Assembly: GCA_965202655.1 (NCBI GenBank)
Contig: CBDBBK010000001.1
Location: forward strand, 1,461,627-1,525,626
Direction of reading: 5' to 3'
From: Vicinamibacterales bacterium
GTDB taxonomy: Bacteria > Acidobacteriota > Vicinamibacteria > Vicinamibacterales > UBA8438
DNA: 64,000 nt
Shown here: one piece after another, positions 38,380 through 47,341 of the stretch
Layout of the letters: each line of letters opens with the position of its first letter
How positions within the stretch are numbered: position 1 is the stretch's first letter
Program-made: the position numbers and the translations under genes
The notes under the pieces: model-generated
Told to the model about the DNA's origin: nothing
Seen by the model: only the letters and a program-made list of their open reading frames with translations
The model's database searches: none

Positions 38380-39615
38380 ATGAACACCTTCGCAGCAATC
38401 ATCCTCATCGCCCTCGTGGGGGAATACCTCCTCCGCGTGGCCACCGGCCTCCTGAACGCCCGCGCCTTCTCGCCGGCGCTGCCGGACGAGTTCGCCGACG
38501 TGTTCGACGACGCGAAGTACGCCCAGGCGCGGCGCTATACGGTGACGCGAACCCGGTTCGGCCTGATACGGGGCGCGCTCGACCTGGCGGTCGTGCTGCT
38601 CTTCTGGTTCGCCGGCGGCTTCGAATGGCTCGATCAACTGCTGCGCGGGCTGGACCGTGGCCCGGTCGTCACCGGACTCCTCTACATCGGCGGGCTCGGC
38701 CTCGCGTCGACGTTGCTCGGTTTGCCGTTCCGCCTCTATTCCACCTTCGTCATCGAAGCGCGCTACGGATTCAACCGCACGACCGCGAGGACGTTCGCGG
38801 GCGATCTGCTCAAGGGAGGTCTGTTGGCCATCCTGCTCGGCGGCACGCTGCTGGCCGTCATCCTCGCGTTCTTCGAGTGGGCGGGACCGCTCGCCTGGCT
38901 CTGGTGCTGGATCGCGGCCACCGCGTTCATGCTGGCGGTCCAGTTCATCGCGCCGACCTGGATCATGCCGCTGTTCAACAAGTTCACGCCCCTGGAAACG
39001 GGCGACCTGCACGACGCCATTCTGCAGTACGCGCGATCGGCCCGTTTTCCCCTCCGCGGCATCTTCGTCGTCGACGGATCGCGCCGTTCCTCCAAGGCCA
39101 ACGCCTTCTTCACCGGCTTCGGCAGGAACAAACGGATCGGCCTGTTCGACACTCTCATCGAGCAGCACTCGGTGCCGGAGCTGGTCGCGGTGGTCGCTCA
39201 CGAGGTGGGCCACTACAAGAAGCGGCACATCTGGCAGGGCATGGCGCTTTCGATCGCCCACCTCGGCGCGATGCTCTGGATCCTCTCTTTCTTTCTGGAA
39301 CAGGAAGGACTGTTCGCCGCCTTCCAGGTCACGGAGCCGTCGGTTTACGCCGGCCTCCTGTTCTTCGGCCTGCTCTTCACGCCGGTCGAACTGGTGCTGT
39401 CGGTCCTCGTCAACCTCTTCTCCCGCCGCAACGAGTTCGAGGCCGACCGGTTCGCGGCCGAAACCACCGGCAGCGGGGAACCGCTCATCAGCGCCCTCAA
39501 GAAGCTCTCCGCCGACAACCTCACCAATCTGACGCCGCACCCGTTCGCCGTCTTCCTCGACTACTCGCACCCGCCCGTGCTGCAGCGGATCGCCGCGTTG
39601 CGGCGGGAGGGGTGA
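38380..39615 (+). CDS. M48 family metalloprotease, Ste24/CAAX-prenyl-protease-like
   Basis: Multi-TM N-terminus; [13 protein letters not shown] (HExxH); [12 protein letters not shown] 38380; an in-frame GTG at 38377 is also possible. Confidence 0.8.
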
Positions 39616-39616
39616 G

Positions 39617-40054
39617 CTATTCGACCAGCATCACCGCGGACGCCAACCGTGTGCCCGCCAGTGTTCGCTGGAACCGGCCGTCGAAGGTCACGAGGCGCCC
39701 ACCGTGGCGGGACGCCAGCGTCGCGAGATGGAAGTCGGTCAACTGACGGTGGCCCTGCAGGCGAGTCTTTACCGCATCGTCAAGCGCAACCCGCAACGAG
39801 ACATCGTCGGCCCAGAAACTGTGCCCGCCGGCGTCACAGAACCGCGCGAGTCGCTGCAAAGCGTCGGTGGGAGTCGCCGTTACGGTCGGATACGCCGGGT
39901 GTGACAACACGCGGATACACCCCGCCTCCGTGATCGAACACGTCGCCCACCTGGCGGCGAATTCCGCACTGAACCAATGGTGGGCGGCGTCGTGATTGAC
40001 ATGCCGCGGATCGAACAGCGCCACCAGGAAGTTGACGTCGAGCAGGTGGCTCAC
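39617..40054 (-). CDS. vapC: PIN-domain toxin, VapC family
   Basis: MSHLLDVNFLVALFDPRHVNHDAAHHWF...CSITEAGCIRVLS...LTDFHLATLASRHGGRLVTFD. ATGA overlap with vapB. Confidence 0.8.
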   Translation of the reverse strand: MSHLLDVNFLVALFDPRHVNHDAAHHWFSAEFAARWATCSITEAGCIRVLSHPAYPTVTATPTDALQRLARFCDAGGHSFWADDVSLRVALDDAVKTRLQGHRQLTDFHLATLASRHGGRLVTFDGRFQRTLAGTRLASAVMLVE

Positions 40055-40290
40055 GGCTCTTCGTCGCGAAGTCTATTCACGACTTCGAGGTCGGGGGCTC
40101 CCTCCCCGCATCCGGGACCGGTGTTTGCGCGAAAAAGCGGCACGCCGTTGCGGACGTCCGGCGCGTGCTCCGGCTCGATCGCCTTGAGAATCAGCGCCGA
40201 CGCAATCTCCCCAAGGGTCTTGCCCCGCTGCTGCGCGAGCTGGCGTACATTGGCCAGCGCCTCGGTGGACAGGTTCAGGGTGGTTCTCAT
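40051..40290 (-). CDS. vapB: VapB-type antitoxin (MRTTLNL... family)
   Basis: MRTTLNLSTEALANVRQLAQQRGKTLGEIASALILKA. GGAGAGG Shine-Dalgarno upstream of ATG 40290. The longer track ORF (start 40521) is not supported. Confidence 0.7.
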   Translation of the reverse strand: MRTTLNLSTEALANVRQLAQQRGKTLGEIASALILKAIEPEHAPDVRNGVPLFRANTGPGCGEGAPDLEVVNRLRDEEP

Positions 40291-40341
40291 TGCGAAACGC
40301 CTCTCCGACCAGACTACCAGTTGATGATGTGTCGCATCAAG

Positions 40342-40391
40342 CATCACCCCCACCGCTCGGTCGGCGGCACCGGGGTCAACGCGCACGGCCC
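40342..40391. repeat. copy 1 of a repeated ~50-nt element (exact 22-mer CCGGGGTCAACGCGCACGGCCC at 40370-40391 plus CATCACCCC at 40342-40350)
   Basis: Direct comparison with 46300-46346. Confidence 0.85.
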
Positions 40392-40399
40392 CGTCCCCC

Positions 40400-40579
40400 G
40401 GCCTCCACATTGCTGAACTGAGCCGCGCCGTCCTCGTGGAGAGCTGCAGGTTGCCTGGAGGTTTCGCCGGCGACCCCGCCGACGGGATCATTGTCGCCAC
40501 CGCCCGGTCGCTCGGGGCCACACTGGTAACGAAGGACCAGAGGATCCGGGACTACGGCCAAGTTCACACCGTCTGGTGA
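40400..40579 (+). pseudogene. 3' remnant of a PIN-domain (VapC-like) gene lacking its N-terminal half and start codon
   Basis: My translation: GLHIAELSRAVLVESCRLPGGFAGDPADGIIVATARSLGATLVTKDQRIRDYGQVHTVW*, a typical PIN C-terminus (DPaDriivATA...LvT.D..i). There is an in-frame TGA at 40325-40327 upstream and no plausible start. Confidence 0.6.
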
Positions 40580-40718
40580 CACGCGCAGCCATCACCTCGG
40601 TTGGACCATGCCGGCGCGGTGACCTGTTCTTCGCCGAACCGACCGGCGTGGCGACAGCCCAATAAACGGTTGCGCTAAGCCGGCCGCAGTCCTACTATGC
40701 AGGGCTGGAGGTGTGTCC

Positions 40719-43700
40719 ATGGGGCAGGCACCGTTCCGCGCCTTGATTCCGCTCGCCGTACTCGCGATCGGGTCCGGCGGTTACTTCTCCGGTCCTCCCG
40801 CCACCGCGTCGGCCCAGGAGCCGACGGCACCGCTCGAGTTCAACCGTGACATCCGGCCGATTCTCAACGAGTCGTGCCTCGTCTGCCACGGCCCGAACGA
40901 GACGACGCGGCAGGCCGACCTGCGGTTCGACACCGACGACTTCGTCGGAACCCTGGTCGTGCCGGGCGACGCGGAGGCCAGCCCGCTGTACCAGCGGCTC
41001 ACGACCGAGGACCGCATCGGGCGGATGCCGCCGGTATCGTCGGGCCAGTCGCTGACCGACGACCAGATCGAGGCGGTGCGCCGGTGGATCGACGGCGGCG
41101 CCGAGTGGGGAGCCGCGCTGGCCGACGCCGATGCGCCACCCATTCCCGAGCGCGTCGTCGACTTCGCCCGCGAGGTGCGGCCCATCCTCTCCGAGAACTG
41201 CTTCACCTGCCACGGGCCGGACGAGGCAGCGCGCCAGCGCGGCCTGCGCCTGGACGTCGCGGACGGGCCGTTCGCGGACCGGGGCGCGTTCGGCGGCCCC
41301 GTCGTCATTCCCGGCAACGCGGACGACAGCCTGCTGTTCCATCGGGTCACCGCCACGGAAGACCGGGTGCGGATGCCCTACCGCCTCGGCCTGAACACCC
41401 CGGTCATGCCGGGCACGGCCGAGGACGCCCTGAACCCCGGCGAGATTGAAACCCTGCGGCTCTGGATCAACCAGGGCGCCGAATGGCAGTCGCACTGGGC
41501 ATTCATTCCGCCCGAGCGACCGTCGACGCCTCCGGTTGCCGACGCCGAGTGGGTGCGCAACCCCATCGACAGTTTCGTTCTGTCCCGCCTCGAAGCCGAT
41601 GGACTGGCGCCCGCGTCCGAAGCGGATCGCACGACGCTGCTCCGCCGCGTGACCCTGGACCTGACCGGTTTGCCACCGTCGGAGGGCGATATCGCCGCTT
41701 TCCTCAATGACGACTCGCCGGACGCCTACGAGAACGCGGTCGACCGTCTGCTTGGCTCCACCGCCTACGGCGAGCGCATGGCCGTCGAGTGGCTGGACTA
41801 CGCGCGCTATGCCGACTCCAGCGGCTACCAGACCGACGCCGAGCGCTCCATGTGGCGCTACCGCGACTGGGTGATCGGGGCCTACAACGCCAACATGCCC
41901 TTCGATCAGTTCACGATCGAGCAGCTTGCCGGCGACCTGCTGCCGGACGCCACGCTCGATCAGCGCATCGCCACCGCGTTCAACCGGAATCACAGCCAGA
42001 ACGGCGAGGGAGGCATCGTCCCCGAGGAGTTCCTCGTGGAGAACGTGGTCGATCGCGTGTCGACCACGGGGACGGTCTGGATGGGCCTGACCCTCGGCTG
42101 CGCCCGCTGCCACGACCACAAGTTCGACCCGCTCTCGCAGAAGGAGTTCTTCGAGATCTTCGCCTACTTCAACAACGTCCCTGAGCGCGGCAAGGCCTTC
42201 AAGTACGGCAACTCGCCGCCCATGCTCACGGCCCCGACCGAGGAGCAGTTCGCGGCGCTGGCGGAGCTCGACGAGAAGCTGAACGCGGCGCGGGAGGCGT
42301 TCGCGGGCCTCGAGTCCGGGGCCGCCGAAGCCCAGCGGGAATGGGAGGCCTCGCTGGCGTCCGCCGGGCACGTCGACTGGATCCTGCGTGATCGGCTCCT
42401 GGTGCATCACCCGCTCGACGGCAATATCGCGGGGACCTACACGTCGGAGCCGGTCTACATCTCGCCCAACGTGACTTCCGGCGTGCGCGGCGACACCGAA
42501 CCGGAGCTTGCGGAGCTTCCGGTCAACGTGAAGCTGGTGGACGGCCAGCCGCACTTCGTCCCCGGCCGGATCGGCCAGGCCGTCAGCTTCGACGGCCAGC
42601 GCTTCATCGACGCCGGCGACATCGCCAACTTCACCTACGACGACCCGTTCTCCGTGGCCGCCTGGATCCGACCCACCGCCCCGGACGGCGTGATCGTGTC
42701 GCGGGCGCTCGCCGGCGACCAGGGCCAGCGCGGCTGGGGCGTCTACCTCGCCGACGGGAAGGTGCAGGTCAACCTGTCAGAGCGCTGGCAGGACGACGGC
42801 GTTCGCGTCGAGACCCGGGACGCGGTGCCGCTCGACGAGTGGCTGCACGTGCTGATGACCTATGACGGCCAGCGCGTGCCGGCCAGCTTCCGCGTCTACG
42901 TCAACGGCGTGCCGCGGGAGCTCGTGCCGCAGATCGACGGCATCAACAACCCCGTGCGGACCCGCGAGCCGCTTCGCATCGGGGCCAGCGGACCGCCCTC
43001 GGAGGAATCCGGGGCCAGCGACATGGCGCCCCGCTTCCAGGGCGTGATTGACGATGTGCGGGTCTACACGAAGGCGCTGACGCCGGGTCAGGCGGCGGTG
43101 GTGGCGACCGCCGAGCCGCTGAACGAACTCGCGGCCATCGGCGAGGCGGACCGCACCGTCGGGCAGGCGGAGAAGCTCCGTCTCGCCTTCCTCGACCAGT
43201 ACGCGTCGGAGGAGATCCAGGCAGCCTGGCGCGAGGCCCGATCGCTGGAGCGCGAGCGGGCGAAACTGTGGGAGAGCTTCCAGACCGTCATGGTGATGGA
43301 AGAGATGAATCCGCCGCGCGACACGTTCCTGCTGGTGCGCGGCGCCTACGATGTGCCGGGCGAGCAGGTGGCCCCCGGCGTCCCGGCGGTGCTGCCTCCG
43401 CTCCCCGAGAGCGACGAGAACAACCGGCTGAGGTTCGCCCGCTGGCTCGTCCAGCCCGACCATCCGCTCACCGCCCGGGTCACCGTGAACCGCTTCTGGC
43501 AGATGCTGTTCGGGACCGGCATCGTCAAGACGGTCGAGAACTTCGGCCTCCAGGGCGAGTACCCGAGCCATCCGGAGCTGCTCGACTGGCTGGCGACCGA
43601 GTTCATCGACTCCGGGTGGGACGTGAAGGAGATACTGCGGGCGATAGTGACCAGCGCCACCTACCGGCAGGCGTCGGAGATCGCGCCGGAGGCGCTCGAG

Positions 43701-44354
43701 GCCGATCCGGAGAACCGGATGCTGGCCCGCGGCCCGCGTCAGCGGCTGCCGGCGCAGATGATCCGCGACCAGGCGCTCACGGTGTCGGGGCTGCTCGTCG
43801 ACAAGGTCGGCGGCCCGTCGGTCAAGCCGTACCAGCCGGAAGGGCTCTGGGATCAGGCGAGCCAGCGCTACGACCAGTCGGAGGGCGACGACCTCTACCG
43901 GCGCAGCCTCTACACCTACTGGAAGCGGACGCTGGCGCCGCCGTCGATGCTCGCTTTCGACTCGTCGACGCGCGAGACCTGCATCGTCCGCAGCGATCGG
44001 ACGAACACACCGCTCCAGGCCCTGAACCTGATGAACGACGTCACCTACGTTGAGGCGGCGCGGCGGGTGGCCGAGCGGATGATGACCGAGGGGGGTGCGA
44101 CGCCGGAGGAACGGGTGACGTTCGCCTACCGCCTGACGACGGCGCACCGGCCGCGGCCCGAAGCCCACGACGTGCTGACGAGCGCCTTCCACGACTACCT
44201 GGAGCGCTATCAGGCCGACCGGGCGGCGGCGCTCGGACTCGTCAGCGTGGGCGAGTCCCCGCGCGACGAGACCCTCGACATCGCGGAACTCGCCTCCTAC
44301 ACGATGGTCGCCAGCATGATCCTCAACCTCGATCGCACCATCACGAAGGACTGA
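40719..44354 (+). CDS. PSCyt1 x2 / DUF1549 / PSCyt2 / LamG-like / DUF1553 (PSD1) multidomain protein
   Basis: - NRDIRPILNESCLVCHGP and AREVRPILSENCFTCHGP.
- NPIDSFVLSRLEADGLAPASEADRTTLLRRVTLDLTGLPPS.
- GCARCHDHKFDP.
- A LamG-like middle region (FDGQRFIDAGD...WLHVLMTYDG).
- C-terminal DUF1553-like FDSSTRETCIVRSDRTNTPLQALNLMND.

ATG 40719 is preferred (GGAGG 7 nt upstream); GTG 40713 is possible. Confidence 0.85.
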   Translation: MGQAPFRALIPLAVLAIGSGGYFSGPPATASAQEPTAPLEFNRDIRPILNESCLVCHGPNETTRQADLRFDTDDFVGTLVVPGDAEASPLYQRLTTEDRIGRMPPVSSGQSLTDDQIEAVRRWIDGGAEWGAALADADAPPIPERVVDFAREVRPILSENCFTCHGPDEAARQRGLRLDVADGPFADRGAFGGPVVIPGNADDSLLFHRVTATEDRVRMPYRLGLNTPVMPGTAEDALNPGEIETLRLWINQGAEWQSHWAFIPPERPSTPPVADAEWVRNPIDSFVLSRLEADGLAPASEADRTTLLRRVTLDLTGLPPSEGDIAAFLNDDSPDAYENAVDRLLGSTAYGERMAVEWLDYARYADSSGYQTDAERSMWRYRDWVIGAYNANMPFDQFTIEQLAGDLLPDATLDQRIATAFNRNHSQNGEGGIVPEEFLVENVVDRVSTTGTVWMGLTLGCARCHDHKFDPLSQKEFFEIFAYFNNVPERGKAFKYGNSPPMLTAPTEEQFAALAELDEKLNAAREAFAGLESGAAEAQREWEASLASAGHVDWILRDRLLVHHPLDGNIAGTYTSEPVYISPNVTSGVRGDTEPELAELPVNVKLVDGQPHFVPGRIGQAVSFDGQRFIDAGDIANFTYDDPFSVAAWIRPTAPDGVIVSRALAGDQGQRGWGVYLADGKVQVNLSERWQDDGVRVETRDAVPLDEWLHVLMTYDGQRVPASFRVYVNGVPRELVPQIDGINNPVRTREPLRIGASGPPSEESGASDMAPRFQGVIDDVRVYTKALTPGQAAVVATAEPLNELAAIGEADRTVGQAEKLRLAFLDQYASEEIQAAWREARSLERERAKLWESFQTVMVMEEMNPPRDTFLLVRGAYDVPGEQVAPGVPAVLPPLPESDENNRLRFARWLVQPDHPLTARVTVNRFWQMLFGTGIVKTVENFGLQGEYPSHPELLDWLATEFIDSGWDVKEILRAIVTSATYRQASEIAPEALEADPENRMLARGPRQRLPAQMIRDQALTVSGLLVDKVGGPSVKPYQPEGLWDQASQRYDQSEGDDLYRRSLYTYWKRTLAPPSMLAFDSSTRETCIVRSDRTNTPLQALNLMNDVTYVEAARRVAERMMTEGGATPEERVTFAYRLTTAHRPRPEAHDVLTSAFHDYLERYQADRAAALGLVSVGESPRDETLDIAELASYTMVASMILNLDRTITKD

Positions 44355-44357
44355 AAG

Positions 44358-45800
44358 ATGAAGCCGCAAACTCAACTTCAGCAGTTGCTCACACGCCGGC
44401 GGTTTCTTGAGCTCTCGAGCACGGGAATCGGTGCGGCCGCCCTGGCGACGCTGTTCAACGACGACCTGATGGCCCAGGCGCTGCCGTCGATCGGAGGGTT
44501 GCCCGGACTGCCCCACTACGCCCCCAAGGCGAAGCGGATCATCTACCTGTTCCAGGGAGGGGCGCCCTCACAGCACGACCTGTGGGACTACAAGCCGCAG
44601 ATCGCCGACCTGCGTGGGACCGAGTTGCCCGAGTCCATCCGGGAGGGGCACCGTTTGACCGGAATGACGGTCAACCAGGCCAGCTTCCCGGTCGTCCCGT
44701 CCACCTTCCAGTTCGAGCAGCACGGCGAGTCGCGGTCGTGGGTCAGCGAGTTGATGCCCCATACCGCCAAGATCGTCGACGAGCTCTGTTTCATCCGGAC
44801 GATGCACACGGAGGCGATCAACCACGATCCGGGCGTTACGTTCTTTCAGACCGGAGCCCAGTTGGCCGGCCGGCCCAGCGTCGGCGCCTGGCTCTCCTAC
44901 GGTCTCGGCAGCATGAACGACGATCTGCCGACGTTTGTCGCCATGGTGTCCAATCGCGGCGGCAACCCGATCTACGACCGGCTGTGGGGCAGCGGGTTCC
45001 TTCCCTCCGAGTACCAGGGGGTCAAGTTCCTGTCGACCGGCGACCCGGTGCTCTACCTGTCGAATCCGCCCGGGGTCAGCCGGGACACCCGGCGGCGGTT
45101 CCTCGACGATCTCGGGAGGCTCAACGAACTGGATCACGCGGCGGCCGGTGACCCGCAGACGACCGCCCGCGTCGCGCAGTACGAGATGGCCTACCGCATG
45201 CAGGCCTCCGTGCCGGAGCTGACCGACCTGTCAGACGAGCCGGACAGCGTCTTCGAGCGTTACGGGCCGGATTCCCGGACGCCGGGAACCTTCGCGGCCA
45301 ATTGCCTGCTCGCCCGGCGGCTGGCGGAACGCGATGTCCGGTTCATCCAGGTCTTCCACCGCGGGTGGGACATGCACACCCAGCTTCCCAGGCGTATCCA
45401 GGTGCAGGCCAAGGATGTCGATCAGCCGCAGGCGGCGCTGGTGATGGAACTGAAGGAGCGCGGGCTGCTCGACGACACCCTGGTCGTCTGGGGCGGCGAG
45501 TTCGGCCGCACCATCTTCTGCCAGGGCCGGCTCACCGACGAAACCTACGGGCGCGACCATCACCCGCGGGCCTTCACCATCTGGATGGCGGGCGGCGGGG
45601 TCAAGGCCGGCCACAGCTACGGAGAGACGGACGACTTCGGATTCAACATCACGAAGGACCCGGTGCACGTCCACGACCTGCACGCCACGATGCTGCACCT
45701 GCTGGGCATCGACCACACCCGGCTGACGTATCAGTACCAGGGACGCAACTTCCGTCTCACGGACGTCCACGGCGAGCTCGTCAACGGCATCCTGGCCTGA
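44358..45800 (+). CDS. DUF1501 domain protein (sulfatase-like fold) with Tat signal
   Basis: RRRFLELSSTGIGAAALATL; SFPVVPSTFQF; FIQVFHRGWDMH; VVWGGEFGRT; GRDHHPRAFTIWMAGGG. Confidence 0.85.
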   Translation: MKPQTQLQQLLTRRRFLELSSTGIGAAALATLFNDDLMAQALPSIGGLPGLPHYAPKAKRIIYLFQGGAPSQHDLWDYKPQIADLRGTELPESIREGHRLTGMTVNQASFPVVPSTFQFEQHGESRSWVSELMPHTAKIVDELCFIRTMHTEAINHDPGVTFFQTGAQLAGRPSVGAWLSYGLGSMNDDLPTFVAMVSNRGGNPIYDRLWGSGFLPSEYQGVKFLSTGDPVLYLSNPPGVSRDTRRRFLDDLGRLNELDHAAAGDPQTTARVAQYEMAYRMQASVPELTDLSDEPDSVFERYGPDSRTPGTFAANCLLARRLAERDVRFIQVFHRGWDMHTQLPRRIQVQAKDVDQPQAALVMELKERGLLDDTLVVWGGEFGRTIFCQGRLTDETYGRDHHPRAFTIWMAGGGVKAGHSYGETDDFGFNITKDPVHVHDLHATMLHLLGIDHTRLTYQYQGRNFRLTDVHGELVNGILA

Positions 45801-45840
45801 CGGTGTTGGGCTACCCGTGGGTGATGCGTAAGACCAGGCA

Positions 45841-46302
45841 TCACTCCCGCGGCTCGACCGGCGGCTCCGCGGGAGGCTCGGCCGGCGCGTACGCCGCGAG
45901 CGGGTACTGGCAATTCACCTCCACGGCCTGAACGGCGGCGGCCAGCGCACTGAAGACGGCGCTGACCCGGTCCACCTCCGCGGTGTATCGCTTCTCCGTC
46001 TCCTGGTACGACTCGAGCTGCAGGTTGCATCCGTCCCGCTGGACGACCTCCGGAATAGGGCTGGTTCCCCGATCGCGACGGTAGATCGCGAGACCCTGGG
46101 TGCATCGGGTGTAGGTATCCTGCTCCTGGCCAAGTGTCGTCTCGAGCGACGAGAGGTTGGCGCTCGCTTCGCGCGTCGTTTCGGCTGCCCCGCTCAGCGC
46201 CTCAAGATCGGCCACGCATTGCGGCCACTGCGCCTGCGCGGGGACGGCGGGCAGCAAGAGGCATGCCGCGACAATGACAACGGTGCGTCCCTGGAAAGCC
46301 AT
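45841..46302 (-). CDS. small secreted protein, unknown function (4 Cys, Pro/Glu-rich tail)
   Basis: ATG 46302 preceded by GGAGGGG; MAFQGRTVVIVAACLLLPAVPAQA signal peptide. Confidence 0.5.
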   Translation of the reverse strand: MAFQGRTVVIVAACLLLPAVPAQAQWPQCVADLEALSGAAETTREASANLSSLETTLGQEQDTYTRCTQGLAIYRRDRGTSPIPEVVQRDGCNLQLESYQETEKRYTAEVDRVSAVFSALAAAVQAVEVNCQYPLAAYAPAEPPAEPPVEPRE

Positions 46303-46346
46303 CACCCCTCCAATCCCGGCGACGCCGGGGTCAACGCGCACGGCCC
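46300..46346. repeat. copy 2 of the repeated element (exact 22-mer at 46325-46346; CATCACCCC at 46300-46308)
   Basis: Direct comparison with 40342-40391. Here the CAT is the start codon of the minus-strand gene 45841-46302. Confidence 0.85.
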
Positions 46347-46383
46347 GGCTGGCTCATACTTCGCCCATGGTATCCAAGTTCCC

Positions 46384-47268
46384 ATGACCCGGCCGTCGCG
46401 CGTCGCACTCGTGGCCGCCTTCGCCGCCGTGTATCTCATCTGGGGCTCCACCTACCTCGCCATCCGCTGGGGAGTGGCCGAGATCCCGCCGTTCCTGATG
46501 GCCGGCGTGCGCTTCCTGGCCGCCGGGACCGTCTTCGTCGCATTGGCCTTCCGCTGGGGCGCAGCGCGGCCAACCGGTTACCACTTGCTGACCACCGGCC
46601 TCATCGGCCTGCTGATGGCGACCGGCGGCAACGGTCTGGTGAGTTGGGCGCTGCAACGGATTCCCTCCGGGATCGGCGCCCTTCTCGTGGCGATGGTCCC
46701 CTTCTGGGTGGCGCTGGCCGACTGGCTGCGCCCCCGGGGCTCCCGCCCGCCGGGGCAGGTGATTCTCGGGCTCGCTATCGGGTTCACCGGCGTCGCGCTG
46801 CTGGTCAATCCGTCCGACATCGGGGGCGCCCGCTCGCTCGACGCGGTGGGCGCGGGCGCGGTCATCGTCGCCAGCCTCCTGTGGGCGGCCGGCTCCGTCT
46901 ATTCGCGGCATGCCCCGCAGCCCGCTTCCCACTGGCTGTCGGCGGGCATGCAGATGCTGGGCGGCGGCGCCGTTCTGCTGGTGATATCGGGGGCGTCGGG
47001 CGAGTGGGCGGCGATGGACTGGTCCACCGTGTCGCCAACCGCCTTCGGCGCGTGGATCTACGTCGCGGCATTCGGGTCGGTCGCCTACGGCTCCTACCTG
47101 TGGCTGCTGAAGGCCTCAACACCGCCCAAGGCGGCCACCTACGCCTACGTGAATCCCGTCATCGCCCTCATCCTCGGGTACCTGCTCGCCGGCGAGACGT
47201 TGACGCTCTGGTCTTTCGGCTGCTCCACGGTTGTCGTCGTCGGCGTATTGCTGGTGGTGTCGCGGTAG
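46384..47268 (+). CDS. EamA/DMT family transporter
   Basis: Start ATG 46384 (MTRPSRVALVAAFAAVYLIWGSTYLAIRWG); 10 hydrophobic segments; YAYVNPVIALILGYLLAGE. Confidence 0.8.
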   Translation: MTRPSRVALVAAFAAVYLIWGSTYLAIRWGVAEIPPFLMAGVRFLAAGTVFVALAFRWGAARPTGYHLLTTGLIGLLMATGGNGLVSWALQRIPSGIGALLVAMVPFWVALADWLRPRGSRPPGQVILGLAIGFTGVALLVNPSDIGGARSLDAVGAGAVIVASLLWAAGSVYSRHAPQPASHWLSAGMQMLGGGAVLLVISGASGEWAAMDWSTVSPTAFGAWIYVAAFGSVAYGSYLWLLKASTPPKAATYAYVNPVIALILGYLLAGETLTLWSFGCSTVVVVGVLLVVSR

Positions 47269-47341
47269 TCCGGGCCGGAATGCCGCGTTGCAGAACGGTT
47301 ATATTGGACGTGTGAGTGTTGCCACGGCAACTTCAGCGAGG

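Noticed and set aside
40291-40344. Longer vapB starting at ATG 40344 (MLDATHHQLVVWSERRFAMRTT...), suggested by the shared GGGGTGATG repeat element.
   Set aside because: VapB antitoxins of this type start at MRTTLNL, and ATG 40290 has its own GGAGAGG Shine-Dalgarno. The upstream ATG is more likely part of the repeated element than a functional start.
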